64,000 nucleotides of DNA, taken from the NCBI RefSeq assembly GCF_988242995.1, contig NZ_OZ547043.1. One strand, 5' to 3'. The notes under the pieces were generated by a model, which did not search any database, was not told the origin of the DNA, and was given only the letters and a program-made list of their open reading frames with translations. Each line of letters opens with the position of its first letter. Position 1 is the first letter of the stretch. This document shows positions 1 to 11,592 of this stretch, one piece after another. The translations under genes were made by a program, and so were the position numbers.

Positions 1-60
1 AATCGCCATGAATGCTATAGGATAAATGATAAAAATAATGAATTATTACAAAGGGAACAT

Positions 61-89
61 AAGAGAATCAGGGCGAAAATCGCCCTGAT
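61..89 (-). terminator. Putative rho-independent terminator downstream of ugd
   Basis: Inverted repeat atcagggcg (67-75) / cgccctgat (81-89) with 5-nt loop, 10 bp past the ugd stop; followed on the minus strand by TCTCTT. Confidence 0.45.
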
Positions 90-98
90 AACAAGATG

Positions 99-1274
<1,176 letters not shown>

Positions 1275-1455
1275 TCAGAATTAACTTAACTGTGAATCAT
1301 GATGTTTTTAGCATCCTGATAAGAGTTAAAAGTTTTAACGCTACGTCGATAGCTGGTCAACGCAACGAAAAACAATTCAGATTTTCTTTATAAGAATAGC
1401 TGATATTTATTAAGTTAATATTAAGCAGTGAAATTTAGTCTATAAGATAATTGGC

Positions 1456-1487
1456 AAAAAAAAGCCCGATGCAATATACGCCGGGCT
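1456..1487 (-). terminator. Putative rho-independent terminator downstream of gnd
   Basis: Stem agcccg (1463-1468) / cgggct (1482-1487); the plus-strand A8 run at 1456-1463 is a U-tract on the minus strand after the hairpin, just past the gnd stop. Confidence 0.5.
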
Positions 1488-1513
1488 TCAATTTTATTGT
1501 TGGTTAAATCAGA

Positions 1514-2920
1514 TTAATCCAGCCATTCAGTATGGAACACACCTTCTTTATCAGTACGCTTATAGGTATGCGCACCAAAGTAGTCACGTTGAGCCTGGAT
1601 CAGGTTAGCCGGCAATACGGCTGCACGGTAGCTGTCGTAGTAGGCAACGGCAGCAGAGAAGGTCGGTACCGGGATGCCATTTTGAACCGCGTAAGCAACA
1701 ACATCACGTAACGCCTGCTGATACTCATCAGCGATATTCTTGAAGTACGGATCCAGCAGCAGGTTAGCAATACCCGCATTCTTCGCGTAGGCATCGGTGA
1801 TCTTCTGCAGGAACTGCGCACGAATAATGCAGCCGGCACGGAAAATCTTCGCGATCTCACCGTAATTCAGATCCCAGTGGTACTCGTCAGACGCTGCGCG
1901 CAACTGAGAGAAACCTTGTGCATAGGAAACAATTTTACCGAGATACAGCGCACGGCGTACTTTCTCAATAAACTCAACTTTGTCACCCGCAGGGTGCGCT
2001 TTCGGACCAGTCAGGACCTTAGAGGCAGCAACGCGCTGATCTTTCAGTGAGGAGATGTAACGCGCAAAGACCGATTCAGTAATCAGCGACAGCGGTTCAC
2101 CGAGATCCAAAGAGCTCTGGCTGGTCCACTTACCGGTACCTTTGTTAGCCGCTTCGTCCAGAATGACATCAACAAGGTATTTACCCTCTTCATCTTTTTT
2201 GGTGAAGATGTCTTTTGTGATGTCAATCAGGTAGCTGCTCAACTCACCGTTGTTCCACTCAGTAAAGGTACTGGCCAGCTCTTCATTAGAGAGGTTCAGG
2301 CCGCCTTTCAGCAGAGAATAGGCCTCAGCGATAAGTTGCATGTCACCATATTCAATACCGTTGTGAACCATCTTCACATAGTGGCCTGCACCATCCGCAC
2401 CGATGTAAGTCACGCAAGGCTCGCCATCTTCAGCAACTGCGGCGATCTTAGTCAAAATCGGCGCAACCAGCTCGTAGGCTTCTTTCTGACCGCCCGGCAT
2501 GATAGAAGGCCCTTTCAGCGCCCCCTCTTCACCACCGGAAACGCCGGTGCCAATGAAGTTGAAACCTTCAGCGGAAAGTTCGCGGTTACGACGAATGGTG
2601 TCCTGGAAGAAAGTATTGCCACCATCAATAATGATGTCGCCTTTATCCAGATACGGTTTCAGAGAATCAATGGCTGCATCGGTACCCGCGCCTGCTTTCA
2701 CCATTAACAGGATACGACGAGGCGTTTCGAGGGATTCAACGAACTCTTTCACCGTGTAGTAAGGCACCAGTTTCTTGCCCGGGTTCTCGGCAATCACTTC
2801 TTCGGTCTTTTCACGGGAGCGGTTGAACACGGAGACGGTATAACCACGGCTCTCGATGTTGAGCGCCAGGTTGCGCCCCATCACTGCCATGCCGACGACG
2901 CCGATCTGTTGCTTGGACAT
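1514..2920 (-). CDS. gnd: 6-phosphogluconate dehydrogenase, decarboxylating
   Basis: 468-aa ORF; [30 protein letters not shown] is the conserved Gnd N-terminus; correct length. Confidence 0.95.
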   Translation of the reverse strand: MSKQQIGVVGMAVMGRNLALNIESRGYTVSVFNRSREKTEEVIAENPGKKLVPYYTVKEFVESLETPRRILLMVKAGAGTDAAIDSLKPYLDKGDIIIDGGNTFFQDTIRRNRELSAEGFNFIGTGVSGGEEGALKGPSIMPGGQKEAYELVAPILTKIAAVAEDGEPCVTYIGADGAGHYVKMVHNGIEYGDMQLIAEAYSLLKGGLNLSNEELASTFTEWNNGELSSYLIDITKDIFTKKDEEGKYLVDVILDEAANKGTGKWTSQSSLDLGEPLSLITESVFARYISSLKDQRVAASKVLTGPKAHPAGDKVEFIEKVRRALYLGKIVSYAQGFSQLRAASDEYHWDLNYGEIAKIFRAGCIIRAQFLQKITDAYAKNAGIANLLLDPYFKNIADEYQQALRDVVAYAVQNGIPVPTFSAAVAYYDSYRAAVLPANLIQAQRDYFGAHTYKRTDKEGVFHTEWLD

Positions 2921-3100
2921 TACATACTCCTGTCAGGTGTGGTCACCGCGCGACGTATGCGCGGCTTGAATGTATAGCAAATGTTAACCTATGTCCGTTT
3001 GAAAAAAAACGAAAATCAATTTAACGAATGTCGGAAATAGGTAACCAGTTGCTGTTTCATAACATATGCTGCGCTCCGATAAATACTTATTCTCTGTTAT

Positions 3101-3967
3101 TCACTTTCCAATTAATTGAAATAAATATTGACCATACTGTGTTTTCTCCATAATCCTGGCCTCAGTCAGGACCTGCTCCGCAGTCAGCCATTTATTGCGC
3201 AAAGCTATTTCTTCTAAGCAAGCAACTTTATATCCTTGACGCTTTTCGATAGTATGAACAAATTGAGAAGCTTCAATAAGGCTATCATGTGTTCCCGTAT
3301 CCAACCAAGCGAACCCCCTTCCCAAGAGTTCTACATTAAGCATATCCCGCTCAAGATACATTTTATTTATTGAAGTGATTTCAAGCTCACCACGAGGAGA
3401 TGGTTTAACTTGCTTTGCAAAATCCACCACCTGATTATCATAGAAATAGAGTCCAGTTATGGCCCAATTAGATTTTGGTGTTTGTGGCTTCTCTTCGACA
3501 GAGAGCACCTTAAATGATTCGTCAAATTCTACAATGCCAAATCGTTCAGGATCCATAACCTGATAGCCAAAAACTGTAGCTCCTCTTTTTCTGGAAGCCA
3601 CCTGTTCCAGTTTGCGACCGAAACTTTGACCGAAGAAAATATTATCCCCTAAAACCAGGGCACATTCATCACCAGCGATGAACTCTTCACCAATAATAAA
3701 AGCCTGCGCCAACCCATCAGGACTTGGTTGAATAGCATATTGAAGGTTAATTCCAAACCGGGATCCGTCTCCTAGCAGGCGTTTATACGATGATAAGTCC
3801 TCGGGAGTAGAAATAAGAAGTATATCTTTTATCCCTGCCAGCATTAATACTGAAATAGGGTAATATACCATTGGCTTATCATAAATAGGTAGGAGCTGTT
3901 TTGATACCCCTCGAGTAATCGGATAAAGTCGGGTACCAGAACCTCCCGCTAATATAATTCCTTTCAT
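3101..3967 (-). CDS. rmlA: Glucose-1-phosphate thymidylyltransferase
   Basis: 288 aa; [46 protein letters not shown] is the RmlA/RfbA nucleotidyltransferase signature. Confidence 0.85.
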   Translation of the reverse strand: MKGIILAGGSGTRLYPITRGVSKQLLPIYDKPMVYYPISVLMLAGIKDILLISTPEDLSSYKRLLGDGSRFGINLQYAIQPSPDGLAQAFIIGEEFIAGDECALVLGDNIFFGQSFGRKLEQVASRKRGATVFGYQVMDPERFGIVEFDESFKVLSVEEKPQTPKSNWAITGLYFYDNQVVDFAKQVKPSPRGELEITSINKMYLERDMLNVELLGRGFAWLDTGTHDSLIEASQFVHTIEKRQGYKVACLEEIALRNKWLTAEQVLTEARIMEKTQYGQYLFQLIGK

Positions 3968-4111
3968 TGCTTACCTTCTCTATATAATCTTCAAATATTA
4001 TCGCATTAACTTTTAAGTAAATTTTAAAAATGCAGTGCAATAAACATTCAGTTTAAATAAGCTTGACATTAGAAATATCTCCAGCTTATTTACTTGTATT
4101 AAATGTCACAT

Positions 4112-4642
4112 TTAATCTAATTTTTTTAGGTATGTCGCTGGAGTGCCGCCTACTAATTCCTTTTCACCGACATCTTTTAGAACTACAGAATTTGCTGCAA
4201 CTATAGCTCCATTGTTAATAACAATAGGTCCCAAAATAACAGATCCAGTGGCCAATATAACATCGTTGCCAATAACAGGACGAAGTTCCTTGTTATATTT
4301 CATATCAAGTGTTTTTGCACCAATAGTGACATTTTGATATATAGTGCAGTTTTCACCTATACGCGCCGCACCGATAACTATGCCAAAGGTATGTGGTATG
4401 AAAAGTCCACCTTTAATCTCACATTCAGTTGCGATCTCAATGTTAAAAATGAGGACGTTTAAAAGTGAACAACATTTTGATATTCTTCTGAATCCTTTTT
4501 CTTTTAAAGAATAGGATGTCCTATATATTACATTGGGAATCAAACGAGGGCTAAAAATTCTAAAATAGTCTTTAAATTTAAAAGCAGATTCATTCCCAAT
4601 CAATTCTTTATATCTTTGAATATCTTGTTGTATATTTTTCAT
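4112..4642 (-). CDS. Hexapeptide-repeat O-acetyltransferase (CysE/LacA/WbbJ-like)
   Basis: 176 aa; left-handed beta-helix hexapeptide repeats (IGAARIGENCTIYQNVTIGAK, IGNDVILATGSVILGPIVINNGAIVAANSVV). Confidence 0.7.
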   Translation of the reverse strand: MKNIQQDIQRYKELIGNESAFKFKDYFRIFSPRLIPNVIYRTSYSLKEKGFRRISKCCSLLNVLIFNIEIATECEIKGGLFIPHTFGIVIGAARIGENCTIYQNVTIGAKTLDMKYNKELRPVIGNDVILATGSVILGPIVINNGAIVAANSVVLKDVGEKELVGGTPATYLKKLD

Positions 4643-5699
4643 TTTTTATTCCTGCGTATCCTGCTAAAAACACCAGATATAGCCAAAACATAGGGAAAAG
4701 GAAGGTTAGTTTAAGGCAGGGGAGCAGGCATAATAACATCAATCTAAGTGAGAATCGTGAATATTTTAGGAACAATACCAGCCATGATACACTAAGGATA
4801 CTGCCTAACCAAAAGCCAAAAACGATGAAATTACTTCCGAATAACGTCATATCAAAAAGAGACTGAAAATAGTCTGGTGCATTGTCATAATACCCAACCA
4901 TACCGTGGCCAATATTAAAAACAAGAGGGCTATCAAAGAATGATTTCATCAACTCAAGTTTATATGATGTGCTACCATCACTACCAGATGAAATATAAGA
5001 CATACGCCACATAATGTTTTGATATATTATCGGAGAAACCAGTACTAACGATATTAACCCGGTTGCGATCCACTTTAGTGTCAATCTACAGGTAAGAATA
5101 AAAAATAACATAACGCAGATAACAGAGAAAGTCGAACCGGATAACACCATACACATTAATGCTATATAACTTAGTAATGAGTTATTATTAGCTACAATAT
5201 ACCTCATCACTAATAATGTGACCATATGTATAGAGAAAATACTCGGTTCGGCAAATACTCCTGTTGCTCTGTAATCGAAACCGTCATAACTGCTACGGTG
5301 TGGAGGACCTAACAAGAACTTCCCATAATCGATATCCACATTAATGATTTTGAAAGCTAAATACTGCAACAGGAAAGTAAAAATGTGAAACTTGATGCAA
5401 AAATCGATCACCTTAAGCCAGTCACAGCTTTTAATTCTTTTTACACAATAGCTATAGATTGATGGTACTGTCAATGCATAAAAGCAGCATACCAAAGTAA
5501 AAATAAATATTTTATCCACTACGCCAAAGAATACATGAAAAATAAGCGATGTGAACGATACCAGAATAAATATCAACCCTTGCGATGAAACCTTACATTT
5601 ACCCTGTATAAACACCAGAAAAAAAACGCAAAACTGAATAATAAAAAAAACCGGACTAAAAATGAAAAGAGTACCAAAAAGAAAATATATATTAGCCAT
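4608..5699 (-). CDS. wzy: O-antigen polymerase
   Basis: 363-aa very hydrophobic, AT-rich, multi-spanning membrane protein with a large internal loop, located in an O-antigen cluster; no close sequence recognised, as is typical for Wzy. Confidence 0.55.
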   Translation of the reverse strand: MANIYFLFGTLFIFSPVFFIIQFCVFFLVFIQGKCKVSSQGLIFILVSFTSLIFHVFFGVVDKIFIFTLVCCFYALTVPSIYSYCVKRIKSCDWLKVIDFCIKFHIFTFLLQYLAFKIINVDIDYGKFLLGPPHRSSYDGFDYRATGVFAEPSIFSIHMVTLLVMRYIVANNNSLLSYIALMCMVLSGSTFSVICVMLFFILTCRLTLKWIATGLISLVLVSPIIYQNIMWRMSYISSGSDGSTSYKLELMKSFFDSPLVFNIGHGMVGYYDNAPDYFQSLFDMTLFGSNFIVFGFWLGSILSVSWLVLFLKYSRFSLRLMLLCLLPCLKLTFLFPMFWLYLVFLAGYAGIKNEKYTTRYSKI

Positions 5700-6669
5700 T
5701 TCTTTCCCTTTTTGAATAACCCTCTATATAATACATAGCCAAGACTAACTTGTAAAATATTGCTCTGATTTTAAATTTATTCCTATTGTCTAACTTATTA
5801 AGAACAACCCTTACAAATTTATTAAGTTTAATACTATTAGCGCAAGACAAAGCTACTCTAAGCACAGTTGACTTCATACTACCTTTCCGCTCAGCCTGGG
5901 GAAATAGCAATTTATCTACAATTTCAGGATGTTTCTTAACCAAAAGCGGTACTGAGTACCTTGCATAAGGAATCATTCTTTCACATGCCCTATCGAGGGT
6001 AGGGGTGTCGTTATCGTAGAGTAAAGCATCGCTACAAAAGAAAAACGGAACAGAGCTTAAACGAAGCCGCGCCCCAAATTCTTCATCCTCACAACCATAA
6101 TGCCGGAATGATTCATCGAACCCTTTCTGTGCTTCAAACTCGGATTTGCTAATCAGGAAAGCATCGCTTGCAAAGTAGCGATACTCAATTTTAACAGTTC
6201 CTTTATATCTATTCCCCAAATATCGGGAGTCAAAGTAGTGTAGGTAATTGCTGTCGCGGGTTAAATCTTGCCGACATCTGACATTAGCCCTTGCTACAAA
6301 AGGCTTCTCGCAGGACAAAATCATTGAATGCAGGCTATCAAGACAACCTTGCTGGAGCAAATTGTCTATGTCGACAAAAAATAACCATTCATTGCTTGCT
6401 GATTTCGCAGCTCTATTTCGAGAAAAGGCGCGACCTTCATTTATTTCATTACGTAAGAACACTAACCGCCATTCGCGCTCATTAAATTTTTCAGAAAAGG
6501 CAATAGTTGTGTCTTCCAAATTCACCTCAGAACCGTCATCGATGATGATAAGTTCAATATTCTTTAGTATATTCTTTTGTCCATGAGTATTAGCGAGCAG
6601 AGCTGAGATGAAAGTTTCTACTTTTGATGAGCTACCGAGAACAGGGCTAATAATGCTAATCATTTGCAC
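5692..6669 (-). CDS. Family 2 glycosyltransferase
   Basis: 325 aa; N-terminal ISIISPVLGSS...ELIIIDDGS matches the GT-A nucleotide-sugar binding and DxD region. Confidence 0.75.
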   Translation of the reverse strand: MQMISIISPVLGSSSKVETFISALLANTHGQKNILKNIELIIIDDGSEVNLEDTTIAFSEKFNEREWRLVFLRNEINEGRAFSRNRAAKSASNEWLFFVDIDNLLQQGCLDSLHSMILSCEKPFVARANVRCRQDLTRDSNYLHYFDSRYLGNRYKGTVKIEYRYFASDAFLISKSEFEAQKGFDESFRHYGCEDEEFGARLRLSSVPFFFCSDALLYDNDTPTLDRACERMIPYARYSVPLLVKKHPEIVDKLLFPQAERKGSMKSTVLRVALSCANSIKLNKFVRVVLNKLDNRNKFKIRAIFYKLVLAMYYIEGYSKRERNG

Positions 6670-7918
6670 GTTCCATTAAATATTTTTTAGTTACAGTTAA
6701 ATACCAATAGATTGAAACTAATATTGAAAAGAAAAGAGAAATATATAATGCAATAAAGATGCTTGGTATCGGCGCAGTAATAGCAGAGACTTTCAATGCG
6801 CTATAGATGCTCAGACATAATAAAAATACAAGACACCATTTAATGGTGTAATAGTAGTAACTCTTTGATGCAAGGTTAGCTGCGTTGATCAAATTATCGA
6901 CAGCAAAAAATGGCAACAAAAAGACCAGAATATTATAATAATTTGCCGATGTGACATAGTCATGGCCGAAAACAAATGTAAAGATATATGGTGTAAATGG
7001 CTTTAACGAAAATGAGAATAACGAAAAAGCAGTAAACATTATTATGGATAAGACAATAAGATTTCTGTTGAAAATTTTCCACTTCTTGTTTTTGTATAAA
7101 AGGATGGGGGCCAAAACCTGTATCAATATTAAGGTTACTGAAGCTGTATTCTCATTAATCTGTGATGCAGCACTATATATACCATAATCAACTGGTGAAA
7201 TGTTACCTTTCAGTAAGAATCTGTCAATTTTCATAAATAATGCATAGGCTACAACCCCTCCCCAGATGAAAAAACTGCGTTTTAACAGGAAGCCTATATC
7301 ATTTAGTCTAACAAGACTTATTCTGGGGAACTTACAAATTGAACAACAGTACATGACTATCGCAACAAAAATGCCCTCCAGTACCCATGGCAATGCAAGG
7401 AACTTGATATCGAAATTTATCACTATAAATAAGTAATATAGTGTTAGTATCCTGATAATGCAGCCAAAGATCTGGATGATACCTGAGAGGTATAATTTCC
7501 CTTCAGATTGCCATTTTGCAAAGCCTACCATCAATGGCTCTCGTGCCAAGAGAGTAACGGACGAAAATAGCAAGTAATACCTTACAATCTCACTTTCAGC
7601 TGTAATTGCGAGGATTACACTGACAGTAGCGACTAATGATGATACAGATAATCTTGCAAAAAAAATTGTATTACAATAAATCAATTTCTTGCGTAATGAA
7701 TAGCGCGATAACTGAGGGACAACTGATTCTGACCCGCACATCCAAGTTAGTGACATTAAAATATTTGAAAAAGTAAATGCATATTGCCAAATGCCAAACT
7801 GCTCAATTGGAAGCGCTTTTGAGATAAGATGGTTAGCATAAATAGCACTAATAATCTGTACAAATCGCTCAAACAACAGGACAAGCAATCCCGCAATAAT
7901 TGATTTATTCACGAACAC
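6656..7918 (-). CDS. wzx: O-antigen flippase
   Basis: 420-aa polytopic membrane protein (about 12 hydrophobic segments) of the polysaccharide-transporter type, located in the O-antigen cluster. Confidence 0.7.
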   Translation of the reverse strand: MFVNKSIIAGLLVLLFERFVQIISAIYANHLISKALPIEQFGIWQYAFTFSNILMSLTWMCGSESVVPQLSRYSLRKKLIYCNTIFFARLSVSSLVATVSVILAITAESEIVRYYLLFSSVTLLAREPLMVGFAKWQSEGKLYLSGIIQIFGCIIRILTLYYLFIVINFDIKFLALPWVLEGIFVAIVMYCCSICKFPRISLVRLNDIGFLLKRSFFIWGGVVAYALFMKIDRFLLKGNISPVDYGIYSAASQINENTASVTLILIQVLAPILLYKNKKWKIFNRNLIVLSIIMFTAFSLFSFSLKPFTPYIFTFVFGHDYVTSANYYNILVFLLPFFAVDNLINAANLASKSYYYYTIKWCLVFLLCLSIYSALKVSAITAPIPSIFIALYISLFFSILVSIYWYLTVTKKYLMERAND

Positions 7919-8903
7919 CTTCCGGTGAGATTATTTTTTTCACCCATTGCTGTAAAGAATATTGTTCTCTATTTTTGTAATTAACATTCGGTGCGTTAAT
8001 AAAATTCTCAGGTACTATGACCTGATGTCTTTTTACTACGCAGATCATATTAGGGTCATAAAAATCGTACTTTTTTATGTCTTCATTCGTGGTAATAATT
8101 TTTTTATTTAACCCGATGCATTCTATTGTTCGCATTGTCAGACCGCGCTGCCTTGGATGATGAATATCGATGATAATTTCAGAGCACTTCATCATTTCAA
8201 CAACTTCAGATTGTGATAATGGTTCAAATTCTACGTCTGTATTTATTTTTTTTCCGCTTAATAAATTCTTCAGTTTAAAAATAATTTCATTCTGAAAATA
8301 AAAGAATGTATAAGCATTAATGTCTTTAATATTTCTTACTTCAGCAGTAATGCAATTGACCAAATCAACGCGATCTGAATGAGCTGTACCGATAAAACAA
8401 AGATCGTATTTTAGCGAATGCTCATGCTTATTGTCAAAACGCGGCGAATAAAACAGCGGAAGAAATGTTACTCCCCATTTTTCAGCATCATCACGTTCAA
8501 AGGTGAAAACCGAATCAAACTGATTTATTATTCTTTTAACTTTGGGTTTGTTATTGACCGAATCCCACAAATACATAATGAATTTACAGTGTTCATTTTT
8601 TACTTTAACGGTTTTTTTTATGGCCTGTAAAATTTCATGATCAATTGCTTCAGGATTTAAAATAAATACATTATCGATTTTTTTGTTGACAATTTGCCGT
8701 AGTAATTTTTTATAATAACTTGAGTTATACTTTTTAATCAAAATACTACAACCTAACCTTAGCAATGATTTATAAATAGCATTATTGCTCGGCCGCTCAT
8801 CCCAATAGATAACGTCATTAGTTAATTCTAATTCTTTGACTATTTCTTTTTCATAATTAAAAAACTTGGGAGAAATAAACAATACTGTATTTTTGTACCC
8901 CAT
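7905..8903 (-). CDS. Hypothetical protein, candidate glycosyltransferase of unrecognised family
   Basis: 332-aa soluble ORF, AT-rich, overlaps wzx start by 14 nt (operonic). No motif I can assign; context suggests the second sugar transferase of the O-unit. Confidence 0.45.
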   Translation of the reverse strand: MGYKNTVLFISPKFFNYEKEIVKELELTNDVIYWDERPSNNAIYKSLLRLGCSILIKKYNSSYYKKLLRQIVNKKIDNVFILNPEAIDHEILQAIKKTVKVKNEHCKFIMYLWDSVNNKPKVKRIINQFDSVFTFERDDAEKWGVTFLPLFYSPRFDNKHEHSLKYDLCFIGTAHSDRVDLVNCITAEVRNIKDINAYTFFYFQNEIIFKLKNLLSGKKINTDVEFEPLSQSEVVEMMKCSEIIIDIHHPRQRGLTMRTIECIGLNKKIITTNEDIKKYDFYDPNMICVVKRHQVIVPENFINAPNVNYKNREQYSLQQWVKKIISPEGVRE

Positions 8904-8904
8904 T

Positions 8905-9720
8905 TTATCTTCCCTGAGATTTTTTGAATTCTTTTATCATATCCACTAAATCATTCAATACATTTTTATAATGATGTGGGACTATTGAGTTAGTTTTTTG
9001 CATCGTGATAACAGGAAATGTTTCGCATGTATCATTCTTGTGCCACTGTATATTACAACCTGTTTCAGATATTAAAATGTCAGCGATGGATTTTGCTGAA
9101 ACATTATATCCAGATGCAATGTTATAAATATCTCCGGGTGAAGTTATAGATTCTGCTAGCTTATACATGACGGCAACCACATCATCTACCGATACATAAT
9201 CCTTCTCGTAGTCAGAGCTAACATACATATCGACATGATTGTTATTGATTGCATTTTTTATTATTTGCGGAAGGAATAACGGGCTATTTAGTGCGAGTCC
9301 ATAAACATTTGATGGTCGGACGACCACAACGTTCTTTTTACTTCTTAGACATAACTCTTCAGCAACCAATTTTGTCAAATTGAAAAGCTTGCGACCATCA
9401 TTGTGACAAATTTTTAGATCTGAATTTTCTGCAGAATCTCTGGAGTTCAAATATACACGAGTGGAAGAAATGTAGACTAATTTCTGGAAATTAGCTTGTG
9501 TAAGTATTACTTTTAGCTTATTGACATTTGCATCCACAACATTATAGGCATCACTTTTGCAATCGCCATAGCCTGCGCAATAAAAGACGGTACCAAGGTC
9601 AATTTCTTTGTTATAAAGATAGTCTCTGTCAGGGCAGAAACATTCTTTATTCATTGATTCTAAAAATGTTACCATATGTGAACCAATGAAACCTGAACTA
9701 CCAACGACTGTATACTTCAT
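8905..9720 (-). CDS. NAD(P)-dependent sugar epimerase/reductase (SDR family), candidate dTDP-4-keto-6-deoxyhexose 4-reductase
   Basis: 271 aa; N-terminal Rossmann motif VVGSSGFIGSHMV; lies between the rmlC-like gene and the orphan ORF; does not resemble canonical RmlD. Confidence 0.55.
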   Translation of the reverse strand: MKYTVVGSSGFIGSHMVTFLESMNKECFCPDRDYLYNKEIDLGTVFYCAGYGDCKSDAYNVVDANVNKLKVILTQANFQKLVYISSTRVYLNSRDSAENSDLKICHNDGRKLFNLTKLVAEELCLRSKKNVVVVRPSNVYGLALNSPLFLPQIIKNAINNNHVDMYVSSDYEKDYVSVDDVVAVMYKLAESITSPGDIYNIASGYNVSAKSIADILISETGCNIQWHKNDTCETFPVITMQKTNSIVPHHYKNVLNDLVDMIKEFKKSQGR

Positions 9721-9782
9721 AATACTATAGCCTTTTGCTCTATGTATTAATAATGACAGGAAGCTAATTTAAACTGTTATGC

Positions 9783-10325
9783 TTATAAGCTAGCTTCTTT
9801 AAATTCTGAAAAACTAATTAACGCGTTGTCTTTAGATGACATAATTGGCATGTCTATCGGCCATTGTATATTCAGTTCTTTGTCATTCCAGATTATCCCC
9901 CCTTCATCGGTAGGATCATAGAAGTCTGTGCATTTGTAATGGAAATCCGCATACTCACTTAATACACAAAAACCATGTGCAAATCCAGGTGGGATATAGA
10001 TTTGATTATTTTTATCCCCAGAAAGTATAACACCTACATGCTTTCCAAAAGACGAAGATCCAGGTCTTAAATCAACAGCCACATCAAAAACTTCTCCACT
10101 GATGACACTTACTAATTTACCTTGAGGATTATTTTTTTGAAAATGTAAACCTCGAAGCACATTTCTTGCTGAGCGTGATCGATTATCTTGTACAAATGCC
10201 TCAGTTATTCCTATGTCGTGATATTTCTTCTGATGCCATGCTTCCAAAAAGAAACCACGAGAGTCACCAAAGACTTTTGGCTCAATGATTACACAACCAG
10301 CAAGTGGAGTCTCAATTACCTTCAT
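9783..10325 (-). CDS. rmlC: dTDP-4-dehydrorhamnose 3,5-epimerase family protein
   Basis: 180 aa; cupin-fold RmlC motifs EPKVFGDSRGFF, NVLRGLHFQ, GFAHGF. Confidence 0.8.
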   Translation of the reverse strand: MKVIETPLAGCVIIEPKVFGDSRGFFLEAWHQKKYHDIGITEAFVQDNRSRSARNVLRGLHFQKNNPQGKLVSVISGEVFDVAVDLRPGSSSFGKHVGVILSGDKNNQIYIPPGFAHGFCVLSEYADFHYKCTDFYDPTDEGGIIWNDKELNIQWPIDMPIMSSKDNALISFSEFKEASL

Positions 10326-10396
10326 AATTATAAACCTTGTATTATATTTTTTAAATTTGCTAATTTTTGATACAATTTAGCTACCTTTATCAGTTA

Positions 10397-11479
10397 CTAA
10401 CGCATCTTGTAGTTCTGCTCAATCCAGGTTTGGTACGCCCCACTTTTGATATTTTCAACCCATGAGGTGTTTGCCAGATACCATTCAACCGTTTTGCGAA
10501 TCCCACTTTCGAACGTCTCTTGCGGTTTCCAACCGAGCTCACGGCTGATTTTATCCGCATCGATCGCGTATCGACGGTCATGGCCTGGACGATCGGCAAC
10601 ATAGGTGATTTGTTCACGGTATGACACTGCTTTAGGTACGATCTCATCCAGCAGGTCGCAGATGGTATGTACAACATCGAGATTTTTCTTCTCGTTATGG
10701 CCACCGATGTTGTAGGTCTCACCAGGGATTCCTTTCGTCACCACGGTATATAACGCACGGGCATGGTCTTCAACATAGAGCCAGTCGCGAATCTGATCGC
10801 CTTTACCATAAATGGGTAACGATTTCCCTTCGAGAGCATTGAGAATAACCAAGGGAATCAACTTTTCAGGGAAATGGTATGGGCCATAGTTATTCGAACA
10901 GTTGGTCACCATTGTTGGAAGACCGTATGTACGCAGCCAGGCACGAACGAGATGGTCGCTGGAGGCTTTTGAAGCCGAATAAGGACTACTCGGCGCATAG
11001 GCGGTTTGTTCCGTGAAGAGAGGAAGAATACTCCCCTGCGCAACCTCATCCGGATGCGGTAAATCCCCATAAACTTCATCAGTAGAGATGTGATGGAAGC
11101 GGAATGTCGCCTTTCGCGCACTATCCAGTGAGGACCAGTATTGACGGGCTGTTTCTAAAAGAACATAAGTACCCACAATATTCGTTTCAATAAATGCAGC
11201 AGGGCCTGTAATTGAACGGTCAACATGGCTTTCAGCAGCCAGGTGCATCACTGCATCCGGCTGATGCTGAGAAAAAATTCGCGCCATTGCAGCAGCATCG
11301 CAAATATCCGCATGTTCAAAAACATAGCGTTCAGAATCAGAAACATCAGCAAGTGATTCCAGGTTTCCGGCGTACGTTAATTTATCGACATTAACAACAC
11401 TATCCTGCGTATTATTTATAATGTGACGAACTACAGCAGAACCAATAAATCCTGCGCCACCAGTAACAAGTATCTTCAC
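10397..11479 (-). CDS. rmlB: dTDP-glucose 4,6-dehydratase
   Basis: 360 aa; [43 protein letters not shown] matches RmlB/RfbB almost residue-for-residue. Confidence 0.92.
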   Translation of the reverse strand: MKILVTGGAGFIGSAVVRHIINNTQDSVVNVDKLTYAGNLESLADVSDSERYVFEHADICDAAAMARIFSQHQPDAVMHLAAESHVDRSITGPAAFIETNIVGTYVLLETARQYWSSLDSARKATFRFHHISTDEVYGDLPHPDEVAQGSILPLFTEQTAYAPSSPYSASKASSDHLVRAWLRTYGLPTMVTNCSNNYGPYHFPEKLIPLVILNALEGKSLPIYGKGDQIRDWLYVEDHARALYTVVTKGIPGETYNIGGHNEKKNLDVVHTICDLLDEIVPKAVSYREQITYVADRPGHDRRYAIDADKISRELGWKPQETFESGIRKTVEWYLANTSWVENIKSGAYQTWIEQNYKMR

Positions 11480-11553
11480 TTATTTATTCCATATAACTTC
11501 AGAGCATGCTGTGAAATAAGCGGCTCTTAGGTTGATTAATAGAGGTGTTAATG

Positions 11554-11592
11554 CACGCTACCGCCCCTGGCTTTACAGCTACCAGAGCACTA
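11554..11592 (-). promoter_or_regulatory. JUMPstart element with ops site (RfaH-dependent antitermination) upstream of the O-antigen operon
   Basis: Minus-strand reading is cagtgctctggtagctgtaaagccaggggcGGCGGTAGCGTG; the ops core GGCGGTAGCGTG is the reverse complement of 11554-11565. Confidence 0.8.

Larger units (their letters stand above)
3101..11479 (-). other. O-antigen biosynthesis gene cluster, AT-rich and strain-specific, between gnd and galF
   Basis: Nine co-directional, tightly packed or overlapping ORFs with visibly lower GC than the flanks; contains wzx, wzy, glycosyltransferase and dTDP-sugar genes; JUMPstart/ops immediately upstream. Confidence 0.85.

Noticed and set aside
3101-11479. 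Possible insertion sequence or transposase within the O-antigen cluster (K-12 has IS5 in wbbL)
   Set aside because: No transposase-like ORF and no terminal inverted repeats were seen; every ORF fits an O-antigen function or the unassigned orphan.
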